The notes under the pieces were generated by a model. It was given only the letters and a program-made list of their open reading frames with translations. It ran no database searches and was not told the origin of the DNA. Shown in pieces: positions 1 to 12,720 of a stretch of DNA of 64,000 nt. How positions within the stretch are numbered: position 1 is the stretch's first letter; the number at the start of each line of letters is the position of its first letter. The position numbers and the translations under genes are program-made. This DNA is from Podarcis tiliguerta (taxonomy: Eukaryota), in the NCBI GenBank assembly GCA_965153285.1, contig OZ229112.1; one strand, given 5' to 3'.

Positions 1-691
1 GAGACTAGCTGTCGTTGAACCGGTCAATTTAACCAAATTCAGAGTTAACGTTGCGCAGACCTTTGAAATCTAGCTTCTTGAGAGTTACACGGCCCGAGAA
101 AGCGTCGCTTTGAGGAGTTAAAGGGGGCACTCAATGTAGGTTCATTTAAGGAAGTCCGATCGGTGGAGAGGAGACGAGCCTTTTCTGTGGTGACCCCCCA
201 ATGCTGCGCCCCTTGGGGAGCTAATTAATTACGGTAATTAAATCTTGTGCCCTTCGAATCTGTCTTCCTAGATTTCTTAAAACAAAGCAACATCCCGAGC
301 CATCAGCCAGAACTGAGCAAGTCTACAGTCGATTTTTCACATTTTAGTTAACAATTTGTATACCACTTAATCACAGTCATATCTTAGCAGTGTGCATGAA
401 AGCAATTAAGCACATATCCAGCTAAGATTTAAAAATACTTAATTTTGGCGGGATTGTGCTCCTCAGTGTTCTCAAGGGTAACATGAAAAGATTGTATATT
501 TTTAACGGGGGAGAGCACTCTTGTGCTCAGGTGCCGAATTTAGGATTTTCATGGGCATTTGGTAGGCAACCCCTGCCAATGCAGCCAGAGAGTAAGAAGT
601 GGCAGCCGCTTCCAACGAGATCTCACTAGATTTTTGTCTCTTTGTTTTCTTTCTTTTTATTCTGTTTGCACATTTTTTGTTACCAAATCAG

Positions 692-801
692 GATTGGCAT
701 ACTTCCAGATTTTTCTGGACATATACGGAATACCACAGTTGGCAGCAGTGTCCAGGTGGAAATCAGGAAAATGTCCTGGAAAATCTGGATGTATGGCAAT
801 C
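692..801. mobile_element. Short MITE-like element with about 31-bp terminal inverted repeats
   Basis: GATTGGCATACTTCCAGATTTTTCTGGACAT (692..722) pairs with ATGTCCTGGAAAATCTGGATGTATGGCAATC (771..801). Confidence 0.6.
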
Positions 802-2008
802 AAAAAAAAGGCATTTCCCCCCTTCAGTTTGGACCAATAAGCTGAACAGCTTTGGGCACAATTAAAAAAAAGCTCAACCCTAAATAAATCAATAACAAAT
901 TAAAAATTAAAAAACACACAAATAAACAAAAGAGCAAACGAAAGGCAATAAAGGACAAATAGAGGCAAATGCAGTTCCTCCTACTTCGATCTGGTTGCAA
1001 TTGAAGATGAAAATAGGGACCTACGACTAGCAACTAAAATGACTGAAATACACTAAAATACTAGCATTCGAGGTGAACTTCATCGACAACAAATGAACAT
1101 AAACATAACTTAAATTTGAGCATTTCATTTAGCTCAATTGAAGGGGGGTTATGTTCAGGTTTTTTTTAAAAAAAATAAACACGGAGAATAAATAAAAATA
1201 ACAACCAAAATAATTGTATCATTAACCACCATCAGTATAAGGACAGACATTTGAAAAGATCTGGACACAACCATTTTTTCCTCCGGGGATACTGCAAAAG
1301 AGATGAATGGAAAATCATGTTTTGATGAAACGTGACTTCTTTACCGATGGGAGGTGATGAAATCTTGTCATGTATTATTATAGGCTCTCTGGCTTTCAGT
1401 AGGCAAAAAGACCCCAGGAATTTTTGTGTGGCGTTCAAGGACAGGTTTCCCAGACAGAAGTGTTTTCGCATCATCTCCATCTCCCAGGGCGAATAGAGTA
1501 GCTGTAGTCAAGTTCATTTCCAAATCTGCCCACTTGAGGTCTCCTTGAGACTTTAGTATTTATTTCCTTCCCATAATGACTTCTCCATTAAAGACAGTAT
1601 AGTTGGTGGTTAGCATTACAAAACAACCGTGAGCTGGAGGTATCTGTTTTTTCTCTCCGCAGTTTATGAACTGACTCACTTAGCCAAAGTCAACAGTTCA
1701 TCAGTTACTCAAAACATTAACTGTGCCAAGATACTTCTGTGTGAATGGCATTATGAAGCAATTAGAATATAATAAAAAACTGTGTTTGCTGAAGCAGCAG
1801 TTGTTCATTTACCAAGGGGTGCACTGTGCCACTCAACTCATTTTAAGCAGGGCTGGCTCAACTGTTACGCAGAGTGATGCAGCCACTTCAGCTGTCTTGA
1901 AAGGGCAGAAAACTATTTGCTATTTAATTTACTGCTGTTGTATTTTGATGGCCAGGGGCAGTGTGTATGTGTGGAGGGAGAAGAGCTTTTCTGTCTCAGG
2001 TGCCAGAA

Positions 2009-2208
2009 TACATAGGAACAGAGGAAGGTGTCTTCTACTGAATCAGACCGTTGGTCCATCTTGTTCAGTATTGTTTACACTGACTGGCAGTGACTCTCCA
2101 GGGTTGGAGGCAGGAGTCTCTCCCAGTGCTACCTGGAGATGTCTGGGATTGAACCTGGGACCTTCTGCATGCAAGACAGATGCTCTGCCACTGAGCTGTG
2201 GCCCCTCC
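2009..2208 (-). mobile_element. tRNA-derived squamate SINE (Squam3-like)
   Basis: Reverse tRNA-like head (GGGATTGAACCTGGGACC, CCACTGAGCT) and TTCCTATGT-type tail; similar to the copies at about 12528 and 33935. Confidence 0.7.
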
Positions 2209-2427
2209 CTGTCAAGAATAACTCTACTGGCCTTGAGAGCTATGCAGCTGAAATTGGAATGGGTGAGGTCTCTGATTCTTGCTGTACTTTAGACAGTCAA
2301 ATGGAGACTGTTCCTGGGGAACCTGCGGCCCTCCAGAATAAAACCTTGTCAGTGTTTCAATACCAGGAAAATATGTTTTGTTTCCCCAGGAAATTGTGCA
2401 GCATCAGTGATATTGTTAAATCTGGTA

Positions 2428-2675
2428 CAGTGGTACCTCGGTTCTTGAACGGCTTAGTTCTCAAACAAATTGGATCTCGAACGCCGCAAAACTGGAAGTG
2501 AGTGTTCCAGTTTGCGAAAGTTTTTTGGAAGCCGAACGTCTGACATGGCTTCCACAGCTTCCGATTGAGTGCAGGAAGCTCCTGCAGCCAATCAGAAGCC
2601 ACACCTTGGTTTTTGAACGGGTTTTGGGAGTCGAACGGACTCACCGAATGGATTAAGTTCAAGAACCAAAGTACC

Positions 2676-2679
<4 letters not shown>
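2428..2679. mobile_element. Tc1/mariner-superfamily (pogo/Tigger-like) MITE
   Basis: TA|CAGTGGTACCTCGGTTCTTGAAC ... GTTCAAGAACCAAAGTACCACTG terminal inverted repeats. Confidence 0.8.

Positions 2680-2707
<28 letters not shown>
2678..2707. repeat. (TG)n microsatellite
   Basis: About 15 TG units starting at the MITE terminus. Confidence 0.95.
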
Positions 2708-2708
<1 letters not shown>

Positions 2709-4191
2709 TGACTTAGGAGCCCTGCTGGATGAGGCCAGAGGCCCATCTAGGCCAGCACTCTGCTGTAACAGCAGCCAACGAGATGCTGGTGGGAAAGCTT
2801 CAAGCAGGACCTGAGCCCAACAGCACTCTCCCCACTTGTGATTTGCAGGATACTGTTTCTGACAGTGGAGACAGAACACAACCATCATGGTCAGTAGCCA
2901 TTAATATCATCATCCTTCATGAATTTGCCTCATCCTGTTTTAAGGTGCAGTGGGATTTAAGTTAGTGGCAGCAAAGCTATGTCATTAACTCAAATGGGAT
3001 ATAGTTCTGATTAGCTTTAGCTGAATAACAACTAATGTTTCGGCACTTTCCCTAAAATCTTCACTCCCCCCCCCCTTCTCCACTAGAAACCCAGTTATGA
3101 ATAAATGTTGAATTATATGAGGTTTTTACAACTTATTTAAATACTCCTAAAGCTGAACAGCATCCATAAGTAGACTTGTTGGGGCAAAATAACATCAGGG
3201 TAATATTATAGCTCGTATTAGAATAATATGCTTGAGTATGTGTCAAGGATGAGCCTTAGATAGCTGTTAGAGGTGGACCTAGGAATTGCCCAGTACCTGG
3301 AAGACTTGGTTGCTCAAGCAAAGTTCCGGACCAATTAGAAAGCCTTTTATAGCTCTTTCTATGCAGGAAGGCCCAGTGGAATTCCTGGTCAACACCAATA
3401 ACAGAATGAAATAATGCACTCCTGAGGTGATGCAATGGATGTTACCACTTCAGCCTGGAGGTGAGTCCCACATTTCTGAAGGCTCCTTTATCTGTTTGCT
3501 TGTTTGTTCTTAAAAATTGTTCCCTACAAATGGAAGACTTGCAAAGTTCAGATCAGGCCTTTCCCCTGCTAGGCTGCTTTTGTTTCTGTTTTACAGCACC
3601 CCCCACAGTCCACTCTGTTTTGAATCATGTGCAAAGTAATTGGAAGAATCCTCACAAAGAAGCAACAGCAAAAAGTGGAAGGCAAAGAACTCTTAGAGAC
3701 AACAGTTAAGGTCCATTCCTTTCCCTCCCCAACTATGGCAGTTTGTTAGACCCGTAGAGCCAAACACCCCACCTCCTAGGTGAAATCATTCTGCAGGAGA
3801 AAATAAGCACAGAGATCATATTTCTCAGAGTCACGCATTTCTTGGAAGGCTCAGTTAGCCATGTTAAGATTATATATTTGCCTGTGCAACCTTGCAGTCA
3901 TTACCCACACTGCCTGTTTGCAATCCTCCGGGATAAGAGATGACAACAGCTGGGCTGTGTGCTGCGTCGCGTGGGAGGGAGGCGTGCATATTTATGTGTC
4001 AGTGTGATTTTGTCAGCCGTAGGCTGCGTCTCTGCCAGCGTCAGAAAGGGAAGGATGGTTGGCCTAAAATAGGGACTCCTGAATGACCCATTTGAAATAT
4101 GTCCCAAGAGGGACAACAAATTGGCTTTATTAGGGCAATGGGGGTGGTGGCATTCAAAGGATGTTTGGTACACCCAAGTTCAGTTTAAATA

Positions 4192-4776
4192 CAGTGGAAC
4201 CTTGGTTTACAAACTTAATCTGTTCCTGAAGTCTGTTCTTAAACCAAATCTGTTCTTAAACTGAGGTGTGCTTTCCCTAATGAGGTCTGCTGCTGCCAGT
4301 GCCCTTCCACCATCCAGCTTCCATGCATAGACTGAGGTAAAGTTTGCTAACCAGAACACTACTTCCAGTTTTGCGGAATTTGTAAATCGAATAGTTCGTA
4401 AACAGGACTGTTTGTAAACCAAGGTAAAGGTAAAGGGACCCCAGACCATTAGGTCCAGTCACGGACAACTCTGGGGTTGCGACACTCATCTCGCTTTACT
4501 GGCAATGGGAGCCGTCGTACAGCTTCCGGGTCAAGTGGCCAGCATGATAAAGCCGCTTCTGGCGAACCAGAGTAGCGCACAGAAATGCCGTTTACCTTCC
4601 TGCCGGAGCGGTACCTATTTATCTACTTGCACTTCCTGCTTTCAAACTGCTAGGTTGGCAGGAGCTGGGACCGAGCAACAGGAGCGCACCCCATCGTGGG
4701 GATTCAAACCACTGACCTTCTGATCGGCAAGCCCTAGGCTCTGTGGTTTAACCCACAGTGCCACCCACATCCACTG
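4192..4776. mobile_element. Tc1/mariner-type MITE with its right TIR interrupted by a Sauria SINE
   Basis: TA|CAGTGGAACCTTGGTTTACAAAC at left; GTTTGTAAACCAAGGT (4410..4425) and TCCACTG|TA (4770..4778) flank the SINE. Confidence 0.75.
4421..4772 (-). mobile_element. Sauria SINE (Squam1)
   Basis: (AAAGGT)n = reverse (ACCTTT)n tail, tRNA-like head; close match to the copies at 32924 and 61226. Confidence 0.9.
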
Positions 4777-6124
4777 TACTATTAAACTTGAATGTTCAAT
4801 TGATTTCAATAAAATATAATGTGCCACCTGTCTAAACCGGTGCTGTTCTAAGAATAGTCCTACGCACATCCTTGAGTTCTGTCTGGATCATCTGCAGATG
4901 ACCAACTGTTAGGCTCTGAAATTGTGTCCAACCCCTCTGGTGAAAATTGGAGCCCCCTCCCCTTGTATTTTTACTCTATCTACTTTGGATATCTTTTCCA
5001 CAAGGAGATGATTGGGACAGAATGCTCAATGGGCATAGAATGCTGATGGTCTGTTGCAGGGTATGCGAAGGATTAAAAACTGGGAGGGAGCAGATGGAAT
5101 GGAAGGGGGTGGAACCTTGAACAGAAGAGTTCGACACTGCAAAACATTGTTGCAGCTCCCACTTGTACTATGACAGCTAGGAATAAAAGTGTTAGTGGGA
5201 TTCATAGTTTCTGTAGCAGTCCACTCTGCATTACTGTTGTTCCCTGAATTGACTCTTGTCTCTGAATTTCCCCACTGAAATGGAGTTCAAACAATATGGA
5301 ACATTTTCTCCCAGTCTATTGTTGTTTCATCATATTGCTCTTTTGGTCAGTATCAAGAACAGCTTATTTACTAGGAATCCTTCCAAATGAATATGTATTG
5401 TGGGTTCAGTACTGCTTCTGTTTTCTCCAGCATCTATGGGACTTTATTTGCATCAAAATGCCAGTATATATATTTTTTCACCAGTTAATCAGGATTTGCC
5501 CAGTCTGTGGAAAAGCTGGTAAGTTTTTGTTTTTTGTTTTTAAAGGCTGTTGCCAATGACCTGAGTATGATATCTGAATGACATGTTGGCAGTCTTAGGC
5601 ATCAGTCTGAAAGCACCCTGTCTAACGTGAATGAACTCAATAAAAACAGAGTATGGTTTCTAAATATAGCAACCATTTGTGTGTATTCTTTGCTCCGAAG
5701 GAAAGAGTAATCTCCTCTTTCATCTCGCCAAGTAAATTCCTGGAATGGATTATAAAAAGGCATAGAATACCTTGGTATAACAATAGCATGCAGCCTGCCA
5801 GTTGAGATTTTCCCTGCCTCTGGTGGAGATCTGCGCTTACGGATGCTTGAGATAGAAATACCAGAAGTAAACATTTCATTCCCCTCCTAGAGCAACATTT
5901 AATGAGTAACAAAGACCTCTGTCCAGCTCAGAAGGTGATACTCAATCATAGCAGGGTTTATAAATGGAATAAATGGATTTACATACTTTGTTTTGTTCAC
6001 CCTTGTCCTGAGTTCCATAACAACATTCCATAAGGTAATTGTTTGTAATTTCCTCAAGTTATCTGGAATTTAGGGAACTTGATTGCCCTTCAACTTGTAA
6101 CAGGGGCCTCCTTTAAAAAAAAAA

Positions 6125-6320
6125 CCATTTATATCCCATATTTCCTCCAGGGAGGCATACTTAATTCTCTCACTATCCATTTTTTTATCCTCACAACAAC
6201 TGTTTGAGGTAGCTTAGGCTGAAAGACAGTGACTACCCCAAAATCACCCAGCAAGCTCCAGGGCCAAGTGCAGACCTGAATCCGAGTCTCCCAACCTAAT
6301 CCAATGACTACACCCAATTA
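6125..6320 (-). mobile_element. Old MIR-like SINE remnant
   Basis: TTTTATCCTCACAACAAC...GAGGTAG...AGGCTGA...GTGACT...CCCAAAATCACCCAG motif string typical of reptile MIR-like SINEs. Confidence 0.5.
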
Positions 6321-7538
6321 GCATCACATCCAAGCCCTGGCTGGACAATACAAGCATTCCCCAAGTGGCCATGTTTGTAGGTGTGCCAGTGAAGAAGCAT
6401 GCAGTCCAGCAGATGCAACTGAGGATCACTCAAATGGTCGCAAAGAACGCTGGAGCATAATTCTGGGATTGCATAGTTGTGGCCTAGCAAAAGGGCCTTA
6501 CGGTACCTTTATGGGCAGTCCCAATCCCAGCTTCATGGCTTCACTCCACTTGTCCTCCAACATTCTAATCACCATGCCCATTTCCTTTCTGGTGACCGTG
6601 ATGTCAGTTGAACCCAAGGATCCTACCACCAGCACCTGCTTTCCTCTCCATTCCGGTACAACTTGAAAGCAGAGGTTCTTATTTATTTAAGAAGGCTGGA
6701 CCAGATGGGCCATTGGCCTGATGCAGCAAGCTCTTCTTATTAATGTGACTATGGCCTGTAAGGTCTTCTGCCATAAGCCAAAACCTCAAACCCTCGGAAG
6801 TGTAGAGTCAGAAAAAGCAGGCGCTGCCGCAGTTAAAAGGAACATGGATCACTCTTTGAAGTTAAGTCATCTCTGCCCTTTTCCAGCACAGGCAACCTTG
6901 CAGTCTGGTTCTTTTTGGTCTGTATAACATCCAGCCATTCATCAGCGATGACCACAAATGTGGCACATCTGTTCCCTTCTGGGCTTGCAGCCTCAGTGCT
7001 CTGTAATGCTAAATGGCATCCCCCACTCAGCGTCTCTGTCTGATCAGCTGTCACGTATGGGACACCCCCCTATGAAGCTCACTCTGTATTCCCAAAATAG
7101 AAAAGCGCTAATGGTAGCTCACAGTGAAGACAGATTCCCAGTAAATGTTCCCATTGTATTCCTTCACCTGGTGTCCAGCCCCCTTCTAGCTATGGCCACC
7201 ACCCCAATTTATCTTGGAGGTGGGGCTTGATGATGATAAAAACAACCTTTGCTGTTGTTAATCCAAGTGGAGTGGCTGAAATGTTGTTTTGTTACTGGGA
7301 AGAGTGCAAACCTTTCAGCTTCATGGGTTAGGCACCTCAAACAGCAATGTACACTTTTCTGATATAACTCTGCCAGGGCTAAATCTGGCAACTGAATCAA
7401 ACAAGTATACATCATCAGGCATTAGCAATGGCACATACCTGCTTTCTTCCTTGCCTTGCATGAACATGTACACAGACTCTTTGGTTCGGCCAATACATTT
7501 TTCTGCCCCAAGTAGCTGCATCAGATGAACTAACATAT

Positions 7539-8424
7539 TGTTATAAATGGGGGTGGGTGGGCTGTATGCCTGAACCCCCTACAAATTCCTGGATCCAGCA
7601 CAGATTCAATTCTTGGAATAGCCCGGTTAGCTTCCTGATGAGTTAATGGCCTTAGTATGATTAACAAAGGTACCTAAGAAACAAAGGATGTAGCCAGAAG
7701 ACAAATGCTCCCCTCCTCCCCCAAAACTTGCTGGTACTTAGAAAGACAAAGGGCAGAGTTAAGGTGTGTGAGCTAGAAGCTAGAAGCAAAGGTGCAGGCT
7801 GGGAAGCCAGAGCGAGAGACAGAGCCATGCCTGATTTCTGCTTGAATCCAACGTTGTAGCTATGGGAGAAGCAAGGCCATCTTGGGGTGTTAATGCCGTG
7901 AGCCCCTCCATTGTAGGCTCAAGTTGTATATACAGTGGTGCCTCGCAAGACGAAAAGAATCCGTTCCGCGAGTCTCTTCGTCTAGCGGTTTTTTCGTCTT
8001 GCGAAGCAACCCTATTAGTGGATTAGCGGATTAGTGCTATTAGCGGTTTAGCGGCTATTAGAGGTTTAAGGGATTAGCGGATTAGCTGCTAAAAGGCTAT
8101 TAGCAGCTTAGTGCCTTAGAAAAAGGGGGTGGGGAGCGAAAAAAAATCGCAGGAACTCGCAATACATTTTCATCTTGCGAAGCAAGCCAATAGGAAATTC
8201 GTTTTGCGAAGCACCTCCAAAACGGAAAACCCTTTCGTCTAGCGGGTTTTCCGTCTTGCGAGGCATTCGTCTTGCGGGGCACCACTGTATGTGTAAATAA
8301 ACCATATATCATAAAGACACCACAGTCTCTGCTGCCTCTCATTCCAAAAGAAACACAAATTCTTGGTAAGCGCCTGGAGCCCTTGAAATAGTGCCCCAGT
8401 TGGAAACGGGGGTGGTGTACAAAA
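7539..8424 (+). mobile_element. Probable solo LTR, interrupted by a MITE
   Basis: Starts TGTT, ends near TGTACA, AATAAA at 8296..8301; about 530 bp after removing the MITE; target duplication not clean. Confidence 0.45.
7933..8287. mobile_element. Young Tc1/mariner-type MITE, copy 1
   Basis: TA target duplication; TIRs CAGTGGTGCCTCGCAAGACGAA / TTCGTCTTGCGGGGCACCACTG; internal ATTAGCGG-like array. Confidence 0.9.
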
Positions 8425-8940
8425 TTATCATCTAGTTTGGCCCTGAAAGAGCAATCTACTATGAAGGCTAATGTCCTAGTTTAAGGCAAATATCTTGGCT
8501 ACTATATTTAAACTACTCTGAAATAAAAGTTTTGAGGCTGCCTCTATAAACCTACAGAGCCTTATGGTAATCCAGTATGAACTGCAATGTTGCCAAAGGT
8601 CTTCATGTAACAGAGAACTTCTGGTAATCCTCAGGTATCTTTTTTTGTTGTTGAAAGGTTTCAAGCCACAGAAACGTTCTCAACACTCAGATTCTCATCA
8701 ACACAGTAACAGCTTGGTGGTCGCCCCAGGAGGGGGAAGTGATTTTCATATAGAATTCCCTTGTGCAAAGAAGACTTGAGACCTCCAGCTAAACAGTGGC
8801 CCAGCAGAAAGTTCAGGAGCTTAGAGCCTTTGTATGTGGTAAATTCCTTTTTATTCAAGCTAATATCCCAGAAGAGCCTTAGATTTCAATTTACGACCTA
8901 TTGGTTTCCATAGAGGCTGTTTCCCTATCCTGGAGACTCA

Positions 8941-9398
8941 GGCTGCATATACGCACTATAACGTTAAAGCACATTCAAGAAACATTCCTCCCCTGCAAAG
9001 AATTCTGGGCACTGTAGCTTATCCCCCATAGAGCTACAATTCCCAGCAACCCTTAACAAACTGCCTCGGCAAACAAGAGAGGAGTGTGCCCAGGACCCAG
9101 AATTCTCTGAGGTGGGCAGTGTCTTTCGACTAGACTTTAAAGGTATAGGGCCAGATTCAGCTACTCAGTTCCATTAGTGAATGTTAGCCTAAGGACTGTT
9201 CCTAGCACTCTCCTCTCCCGGTGCAGCCGCACGCGCCCCACCCGCACCCCGATCTGCTCTGGAAGGTTGTGGGAACCCCCAGAACAGCGTGCAGGAGAGA
9301 GGAAAGGGGAGATCGTTTTGCCAGTCAAGTGGAATTCTTATGTTGACAGAATGTTCTCCTTAGTGCTACGCTGAATTCATCCGTAGTGTGTGCACTGG
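8941..9398. mobile_element. Degenerate palindromic MITE carrying a second nested palindromic element (about 9148..9381)
   Basis: AAGAATTCTGGG / CCCAGAATTCT inverted arms with degenerate inverted ends; inner element bounded by GATTCAGC / GCTGAATT. Confidence 0.45.
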
Positions 9399-12300
9399 CT
9401 CAGCGTGGGCTCTGGTTTGTTTCTAAATGGAACTTGTGACAGGCGATGCAATTTGCTCCTCCTGGTCCTGATGAAGCCAACTCTGATCATTTCAATTGGA
9501 GGTGTCAGAATCTGAACTCAGGGCCTTCTGAATGCAAGTAGGCCATTCTGCCACTGACCTGTGGACCTTCCATAGATGTTGCACACAGTGGAAGCTGATC
9601 CGTTCAACCTCAAGCACCCCCAACCTGCCTGCCTTCTTACACACAACCAGTCCAAGGGGGTGGCTCCTTCTTGGTCTCCAGATTTTCCTTGTAGAACACA
9701 GCAGGGAGGAGCATCGGGATAAAAAACCCCCACCAAGAACTACTTCACTTGCCTGTCTTTTGCTCTGGCTCCAGCCACTGTTAGCATTCCGTGCTACCAT
9801 CCCAATAAAACAACAGTGCTTTTTTTCTGTGGGATGCAGTACTGGCACCTCCCCCCCCCCCCCAGAAGCAAAGTGCTGGTTAAAAGTGTGGAACTCACTG
9901 TAACAACTTCATGGTGAGTACCAGCACCGTTGTTTTTTTCAAGGAGAAAAGCACTGGGCTGAAGGCACCTTCCTTCCTTTCCATATATATCCCTTCAACC
10001 AGCAATGCCCTCCAGACTCAGGAAGGGCGATAGGAATAGCAGGAAGATTATGCAGTTCTATGGTCCACCAATAAGCACAGGTTGACTTCAAGGAAGTCTG
10101 GGGCCACAAGAAGGGGGCAAGCCAAACCGAGAGGGGCAAGCAGGGTCTGATTCTGAAGACGTTGCTCCCTGAAATAGGATGGATTTACACGTGCGCTGGA
10201 TGTACGGCAACTATCCGGATAATGTGAAGATTTGCACAATGAAATACTGAAAGCAGGCGGCAGGCAAGCAAGAACCTCCCGGGCAGCTTTCCTTGGGAGC
10301 TGCATTTTATGGTCTGCAAGCCAGGCCTCTCTATTTTTAAAGCTCTGCCGCCTTGCTATATCTGACTTGTGAAATAAGCATTCCGCATGTTGACGGGAAG
10401 CCGGTGGCATATATTTGCAAAGCACTCTTGGAATACTTTAGAGAAGAGCCCTGCGGTCTGCAGGAGGGTTTCTCCTGCGTGTTCCAAAGATCCCAGAAGC
10501 AGGGCTGCCCCTGTTCTGTGGAATAGCAGGCCTGTCAACATACAGCAGGTGCCCACTCTCTGCACAGCCCCAGAAACAATTGAAAACATTTCTGTTTTTT
10601 GTTCCAAGCTGGATAAATAGGTCTTCACCAAGTTCAGCCTGTAAATTCTCTGAAGCCTAGGAAGAGACATTTGGCGCTCATATCAGCCCTGTGATATAGG
10701 AGAATGGGACACCCTAGTAAAACTCAGGAATAGTAGGAATAGTAACAGCAGTCATTATCGTTATATTTGTATAGAGCTTTCAAGTGTTCAAAGCACTTCC
10801 CATGCTTTTTCTTCTTGCAATCCTTACAATTGCCCTGTATTATTGTGAAGCACCAAATTCCTCAGTTCTGCTCTCTTCCAGTTTGCCAAGGTCAGCTTGT
10901 CTGACGTACGTGTTGCCCAGTTAATAGAATCACATTCCATTATCTGTCACCGGCATCGGTTTACACTGTATGTTGCTTCCCAAGAATGCACAAACTTTTT
11001 CCCCAGCTGTGACCCTCCCCCTCCCAAATGTTCCCCTCTGACGCAACTGGGCTTGAAAACAGCCTCCCGTTGAAGCCACCAGGAGTTTTTCTTTTTTCAT
11101 TCTATTTTCAGCACTGGAGGGTTCCTCTTGAGCTCCACTCCCCCATTAAAATTCCTGCTGGCTCCAATGGGAAGCTGTTGTTTAAGCTAAATTGCCACGG
11201 GTTGGGGAAAGTAGGTCAGATGAGGAGGACCCATGGGCTAGATCTACTTATTTCACACCCACCCCAAGAATAAAGGACGCAAGTCACAGGGAACATCTCC
11301 TGCATGGGTTTCAATGGAGGGGCTTTGCAGGGGTTTGGAACAGATGACACTTTGGGTCCCTTCCAACTCTCTACAATTCTATGAACTGCAGAAGAGGTCG
11401 GCTTTTGTTCTTGTTTCTTGCTCCCGAAGTTCTGTGTGGGGCTTGTACAGGAGGAATCCCATCCAGCTTCTGCAACTGCTCCCACTGTTGCTGAAAAGAG
11501 AGCAAAAGGCGCGCAGCCTTGCGAAAGTATCACCTTTCCCACCCTGTGTCATCGAGACATCTGTCGTTTGCAGCATTTCCAGCAAGGCATCTGAGAAAGC
11601 TGGCTTGATTCATTACCAAGCCTGATGATCTGAGCTTGTTTTACTGAATGTGTCCTTGTGTTAGTCTCCTCTGGCAAGGGGCCTCTGGTCTGCACCTGCT
11701 CTCTGCTTTTGACATACAGTGGGGCTAAGCTGCCAGGGATCCCATCACCATGCAAGGACTGCCCACTTGCCCTGGAAGGAAGATGGGAGCAGGATTTCTG
11801 CAAAGGCTCTGCAAGTCTGGTTGCTCCCACCTGGGCTCATCTTTGTGCTTCCTTGTGGATGCTTCAAAGCCTGTTTTACCTGCTTGGGAGATGCTAAAGG
11901 TAGTGGTGGGCCCCAGCCATCTATGGATGGTCAGTCACAGATCCATGTGTGGGATGTGATTTGGGAAGCCAAGACAGGTTTAGATTATACCAGGCTTTGC
12001 CAAGAGGGGTGTGTGTGCAAGAGCGAGGTAGGTAGATGGGTGAGATGAAAAGGTACAAAGGACAGGCAAGTTTGTGCTGCCTCGGGGAGGATGGAAATGC
12101 TTCTAAGAATCCAGAGAATGGGAATGATGGAAATGGAGGGCTGGGCTGTCAGGTCAGGAAGGAGTTTCCCTTTAGTAAAGCCAAAAGTGCAAGTGATTTC
12201 CGTTTTAAACTCCTTTAGACTGCAGGTCTTCCAAACAGGAAATGGTTTTATGATACCACACTGTAACCTGCTCTGAGCCCTTGGGATGTGGCAGGCTTTT

Positions 12301-12527
12301 GGCTGAAGTAAAATGGACCAGATGACCTTCAGACTCTTTCCAACTGAGTGGTAGCCAAGAAAACATTAGCGAGAATCTAATGCAATTCCTTTAGAGGGAA
12401 TGGTAAAGAAAAGAACAGCTGGGAGCTGCAAGTCCCTTTGCACACCAAGTGTGCTGTGCTAATCTGTCCTGCCCTCTGGGGTATTTTAGGTCCTTGGCTC
12501 AGTTAGGTTTGACACCCAGTAATTGAA

Positions 12528-12720
12528 GGAGCCATAGCTGAGTGGCACAGCACATGTTTTGCATATGTAATATCTCAGGTTTAATTCCAGGCATCTCTAG
12601 CTAAAGGATCTCGCATAGCAGGACTCTTGGACAGATCTTTGGTGGAAACTCTCCAGCAATACAGATAGGCAAGAATATGGGCCATTAGTCTGAATTAGTA
12701 ATAAGGCAGTTGTGGATATC
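12528..12720 (+). mobile_element. Degenerate Squam3-like SINE
   Basis: GGAGCCATAGCTGAGTGGCACAGCAC...CAGGTTTAATTCCAGGCATCTC tRNA-like head. Confidence 0.55.

Noticed and set aside
1-240. CpG-enriched left edge, possibly the promoter flank of the next gene (CCSAP in mammalian synteny)
   Set aside because: No exon or diagnostic sequence is visible inside the window, so it cannot be supported.
1723-2746. ORFs of 189, 120 and 129 aa
   Set aside because: They cross a SINE, a MITE and a microsatellite and have no coherent protein features.
8010-8110. Short-unit tandem array that could be mistaken for a CRISPR-like or telomere-like repeat
   Set aside because: No unique spacers and not TTAGGG. It is an internal part of the MITE seen three times in this eukaryotic window.
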